NCBI GenBank assembly: GCA_016719055.1
Contig: JADKAW010000018.1
Span: forward strand, 2,015-66,014
DNA length: 64,000 bases
DNA from: Candidatus Rhodoferax mariagerensis
Lineage (GTDB): Bacteria; Pseudomonadota; Gammaproteobacteria; Burkholderiales; Burkholderiaceae_C
Reading direction: 5' to 3'
Part shown: piece by piece, positions 27,309 through 33,300 of the stretch
Layout of the letters: each line of letters starts with the position of its first letter
How positions within the stretch are numbered: position 1 is the stretch's first letter
Position numbers and translations under genes: made by a program
Notes under the pieces: model-generated
What the model saw: only the letters and a program-made list of their open reading frames with translations
Told to the model about the DNA's origin: nothing
Databases searched by the model: none

Positions 27309-30300
27309 ATGAAACTATTTGGCTTTCGCACCCTTGCACAAGCGTTGGTCAGCCTCTGGCTGGTCGTTGCAGCCGGTCTGTTGCCAGCCTTCGGCGCATC
27401 CAATCAGGAATTCCCATACCCGCTGGGCGAGCATATTCTGGCCAGCATCCTGCGTCATGAAAAGCACACGGATGCGTCACTGCTGCTGCTCACGCAGAAC
27501 CTCAAATGGTATGAACAGGAAAAGGGCAAACTGCCAGGCCCGATACAAGATGAAATTCAACACCTGAGAATCAATTTGGCGGGCGAGGTAGCCCAATCTT
27601 CGGCGCGCCAACTCGGCGAAGCCGAGGCGGCTTTTGCTGCCACTGGCTCCTGGAAGCCAGGGCGTGACATGGACATTGTTTACATGGGCAAAAATGGCGA
27701 CGCAGCAGCCCAGTCGATTGCCCGCAACTATGAAGCCCGCAGTGCCAATATTCTGGCCAGCGCCGAAATCGACCCCATTCTGAAAAGTTATAGCGGTGAT
27801 GTCCCGCGCAGCCTCACCGCCAACAGCTTGGCCGTCTGTACCACCGAGCTTCCCAACTTTGGCTATGAAGACCTGAACAAGGCCTTTAACCAGGCCAAGC
27901 AGGCGCTCGCGCGCGGCGAATCAAAAGACGAGATTATGGCCACGCTGCGCCGTGACATCCAGCAAGCCATGGCCAACAACATGAACGGCCATTTTGCAGC
28001 GCAGGCCAACCCGGACTACTACGCCGGAGCCACCGGGCAGAAATGGTTTCAAGACACTTACCTAGACAAACCGGACAAAATGCGCACCTTCATGCAGAAC
28101 GAGAGTGGCAACTGGGTGCTCAAGCCGGGCGGCATCCAGGCGGTGCCTGCCGACATCGTTGAGCGTCTTGGTTTTGGCTCCATGGGTGGCTCGGGCGTCA
28201 AGTTTTCCAAGATCGCGTCGGACTACGCACTCTTCTTCTCGCACATGCATGGTGGTCCCTCTGACAACGCCAAATATGTGCTGCGGGTCTGGAAAGACAT
28301 GGGGTTAAATGCCATTCAGGATTTGAGTGCGGCTGAAGTCAAGATGCTGGCAGCGGCCAAGAAGATTGACTTGAAGCCATCGCAAGCGTCGCAAGAACTG
28401 GCCAAAATAGGGCTCAGTGTGGATGACTTCAATGCGAACATGTCGCGCATTCTGTTGAACTGGACCGAGTCGCAGTTGGTCAAAGACATGGACCTGCTGG
28501 TCACTGAACTGGGGTCGAGTTCAGCCAAAACGGTGGACGAACTCGACAAACTGCTGCGCCAGGCCAAAACCACCATGAACCTGAATGAACTGGTGGCGGG
28601 TCTGGATAAGCTCAAGGTGGCACCCCCGGAGGTGCGGGCACGCCTGATTGATCGGCTGAAAGCCAAGTTTGGCAGCACGCCAGCGGGCGTTGCCGCCATC
28701 AACTTTGTCATGCGCAATCTGGGCCTGCTGGGCGACTCCAGCGGTGAGCTGACGCGCCGTTTGGTCATCATCCTGAAAGACATGGGGAAAATCCAGCCGC
28801 AAGATGCTGACGCCTTGCTGCGCGGCGAACCTGCTTCTGACGCGGCCCAGGCGCAGATGAAACGGGCACGGCAGGAGATTGCTGCGCTCAGTTCCGGTGG
28901 CATGGTGGAATTTGACGACGCATTGGATGTGGACCGACTGATGGAGGACTGGCGCAAAGCCAAGCCCGATGCCTTGCTGCAGTCACCCAGCGACGAACTG
29001 AAGAAAACCCTGGAAGAATTGCGCGGCTCGGTCGATGAGGCCAGGCTCAAAGAACTTGGTTGGGCCGACGATGAGATTGCCGCCCACCGGCGTGTGCTGG
29101 ACCGCATGCGCAAGGATGCCATGCGCAAGCTGGGTCAAAAACTCGAACCTCGCCTGGTCAAAGGTGGGGTAAGCCTGCGCAACTTCCAGCAAAAAATGCG
29201 CGAATTGATCTTTAGCCCCGCCTACACAAAATTTGGCGATGCCAGCTCATCCGTAGGAGTGTTTGATGCCGTGGTGGGGGTCGCAGCCGGCTTGTACTCC
29301 ACTTATGACATTCTCAACAACCAGCGCTTGTCGCCTGCCGACGAAGCGCAGGCGCTTGAAAACGCCTGGGTCACGGCTATTCCGATCGTGGGCGACTTTG
29401 CTCAGGGCTTGATCACCGGCGGTCAGGCTTTTTACGAGGGCGACAAGGGCAAGGCACTGGAGGCCGGTCTGTGGATCACCATCGGCACCATGGGCTGTGT
29501 ACCAGGTGGGCAGTTGCCGGCCGTTATTCTTGGCATCGGGCTGGCGACCAAACCCATTGTGGCTGGATCCTACGATGCCCGTCAGGCACAGCATCTGGTG
29601 CAGGCCTGGATCGAGTCAGGCAAATGGAGCAAGGACAAGCCTCGCAAGCTGCTGGGTTTGTATGACCGAGCCTCGGGCGATCCCGAGATCTATCTGGACA
29701 TCAAATACTCTGAACTACTGACTGACAAGGGCAAACTTCCCTATAAATCTACCCGCTTGGGTGACGTCAGTATCAACCAGTCGATTCGTGACTACGCCGA
29801 AAAATATGTGACGCCGCAGTATCCGGCCATCAAGTCGATCCGCGAAGCCTTGCTCAGCGTGTACCCCGATTTCAATGACAAGGAGTGGAGTGACGAATTC
29901 TCGGCGAGTCTCAAGATTGATGCGCGTGGAGGCAAGGGTAGCAAGATCCTGTTTCGTTCTTACTTCCAGTTGCATGGCAAGGCGATGGTGCAAACCATCA
30001 ACCATCTCAAACAATGGGCTGAAGACGAGATGCGCGCGCTCAAGGATTACGACTCAGAAGCTGCGCGCCTGCGCGACGAACTCCGCACACTTGAGCGTGC
30101 CCTGCAAACCGGCAATCTGGTCAGCAATGCCGATGCTTCAGTCGAGGCCTACAGCAAGATCGTTGCCAACTTGTGGGAACAAGAGAGCCTGCCGTTGGCC
30201 AGGCTGCGGATTTACGAGCACTACGTCAATACCTACAGAACGATTGAAGGCAAACTGCGCCGGGTGATGGACATTCTGAAAGAAGCCAGCAACCCCTTCC

Positions 30301-33300
30301 TGCCGCCGGGCTGGCACCTGACCGGTTACCCCGAACTGGACCGAGACCGGGTCGACAAGCTCAGCGCCAGCATGGAAAACGGTCGCAAGGGTGTGATTGA
30401 GGACATTGAAAACACTCTGAAAGAGTTTGGCATTCGCAGCACGCGTTATGACAAAAACAACGCTTGCCACAAGGCGGCGTTTGATGCGCTGGCGCCTTTG
30501 CGCTACAAATATGCCTTCATTGAATTTCAGGCGCTGTATTTCAAGGCGTTGGCAGAAGGTAGTTCCACCTGGTCATCGGCTTTTGAGACTGCCAAGGCAC
30601 GTTATCAGGAGTCGCGCGCGCAGGTGCTGCGCAACATCGGCAGCAATCTGCAGTCCCACCCGCATGTCATGATGCTGATGGAGCAAAAAGCCATGACCGA
30701 TGCGTTCATGAGCTTTGTGGTGGCTGTGCCCTACGCGCTGGCATCGACTGAAGTTGGCGTGTACCAGTCTGCCGCACGTGACTACGAGTTGCGCCAGTAC
30801 AGCGCGGGGCTGGACTACCAGCTCGCCAAGGGCCGCAGTGGCAAAGTTGGGCGTGACCTGGCAGACTGCCTGCAGGCGCAGTTGCAGATTGACCTGCAGC
30901 TGTCCAACCCGCAACCCGAAGCAGGTACCGACGTCACTGCTAGTTATCGCCTTGTCAAGGGCGAAACCCACGCGGATGTGGTTTGGGACTGGAAGCTCGA
31001 AGGTGCGCTGGTGAAAAAGACGGCCGAACCAGGTAGCTTGGTGTTTACCGTGAATGGACCCGGCAAGCTGACGGTTTTTTTGCGCGACTGGTACAACCCC
31101 AACACAAGCAAATATGGCAAGGTTCTGGCCCAAATCAGTGCCGATATTCAGCCTGGCCTGCCGTCAGATGTGAAGGTGTTTGTCAGCGGGCCGACCCAAA
31201 CCGAATTGGGCAGTAGCGTAAGTTATTTCGCCTCCATCGACGCCAAGCCGGGTGTGGCCCAGGCGATGCTGGCCAATGCCCACATTGAATGGCGGCTCAA
31301 TGGCGACGCCGGCGCAGGCAGCGACAGCAGTTTCCGCTTTTCACCGATACGCACGGGCAGCTACAGCGTGGTCGCTACCGCCTACGTGATGGAACGTGGC
31401 AAAAAGCGGGTCATCGCCAGTTCTCGTCCTGTTACTTTGCAAGTGCGTGACGGCATGGACAAAGACAAAGACGGTGCTGCCAACCCGGACAAGGGCAAAC
31501 GCGATGGTGAACCGGACAAGCCCAAAGAAGCCCCGTCCTGTAGCTACACCTATTCTGAATGGGGCGAGTGCAGCCGCGCCACCAAGAAACAAACCCGCAG
31601 CGTGACCGTTACCCAGCCCGCGGGCTGCGTGGAAAAAGCCAAGCCGGTGCTGGAGCAAGGCTGCACCCCGCCACCGAGCGAAGAGGACAAGAAAAACAGC
31701 TACCTCAACTGCCTGTGTCGTTGCTCCAGTGGCTGGGCCGGACACATCGGTGTCTGGTATGACCCCGAGCAAAAGACGGTGCCGGAGTGCAAGAGCTCCG
31801 GCCCCTGTATTGGCGGTATTGGCGCCTTTGGCTGCTCCAGCCGGCATTTTTTCAACTCGTCAACCGAATGTGCCAAAGGCTGCTGGGAAGGCGCTTACGG
31901 TAAGGGATCGTTTGACGCTGAAAAAGCCAACAAAATGGCCAAAGAAGAGAACAAGAAGTACAAGAAGCCGCCAACGGTGAAGATCAACGCTTCCAAAAAT
32001 CCGGCAGACTTTGGCGACATCGTGAGCCTGACGGCGCAGGCCAGCGAAGGCAGTGGCGGTTACAAGTGGAATTGGGGCGGCTGTGCGCAGGACGCCAAGG
32101 ACAACACGGCCAAGGTGCTTAACTCGCGCAGTTGCCAGGCTTGTCAGGCCTCGGTCACGGTGACCGACTCTGATGGTGATTCGGCGTCTGACAACCTGAC
32201 GATCCAGTGCACCGCGCTCAAGGTCAAGCTCACCAAAGAAAGCCCCAAAGAGAGCCGGCTGCCAGTGGGCAGCTCAGCCAAATTCCTGGCTGAGGTGATG
32301 TCAGGCACGCAGGCGGCGTCGGGCAGCTTCTCGTACATCTGGGAGCGCAATCCGGACGCCGTTTTTGGCGATCCCAAAAACCCGGCTTATGAAACCAAGG
32401 GCGGTGCGCAGTCACGCAACACCGCCAGCTTTGGCAAGCTGGGCACGATTCCGATCTGGGTCTCGGTGCTCAAAGAGGTCGATGGCCGCAAGATGACGAT
32501 TGGCGAGTCCGAGCAGATCATGATGGAAGTCGTCAAGCCCAAGCTCACCCTCAGCGCCGAACCGAAAGACGCCCTGGTTGGCCAGGAGATCAAGATCACC
32601 GTGCAAGAAGAACCCAAGATGAGCGACGATTTGTTGTCGTTCTGGTGGGAAATCAGTGGTGAGGCCAACAACCCAGGGCCAGTCCCCAATGTGCCCAACA
32701 GCCGCGCTTATTCGTTCAAACCCAAGTCTGACAAACCAGTGACTGTCACTGTGCATGCCAAGGCCAAAGACGGCGGTGATGAACTGGGCGTTGAAAAAAT
32801 CACCTTACAAGCCAAAAAGCCATCGATAACCGTCACCGGGCCGAAGATTGCCGGACCGGCGCCCATGATCTGGAAAGAGGGTGTCGGGCTGGTGTCCGTG
32901 GGCCAGCAGGTTGTTGAAGACCAGCGGGTTGAGTTTGCCGTGACCGTGTCGCCCGAATTGAAACAGGAGCTGCGCTACCAATGGAGCGTGAAGCCCGAAG
33001 GCTGTAGCCTGAGTGCGCCATCATCCAAAGAAACCGGCATCACCTGCGCCAAGACCGGCGGCTATGCGCTCACGGTCATCGTGCGCAACAGCGAAGGCGC
33101 CGAACTCGGCAGCGGCGAGGGCAGCCTGAACGTCACGGTGTCGCAATCCGACATCAAAAAAGGCAAGCAAAAAGACGAAGCCGCCAAAAAACTGGAGCAA
33201 GCCCGAGCGTTGTGGAGTCAGGGCAAGATTGACGAGGCACTGGCACTGTTGGCAACCGTGGCCAGCACCGAGCCCCAATTGGCCGCTCCGGTGAGCAATC

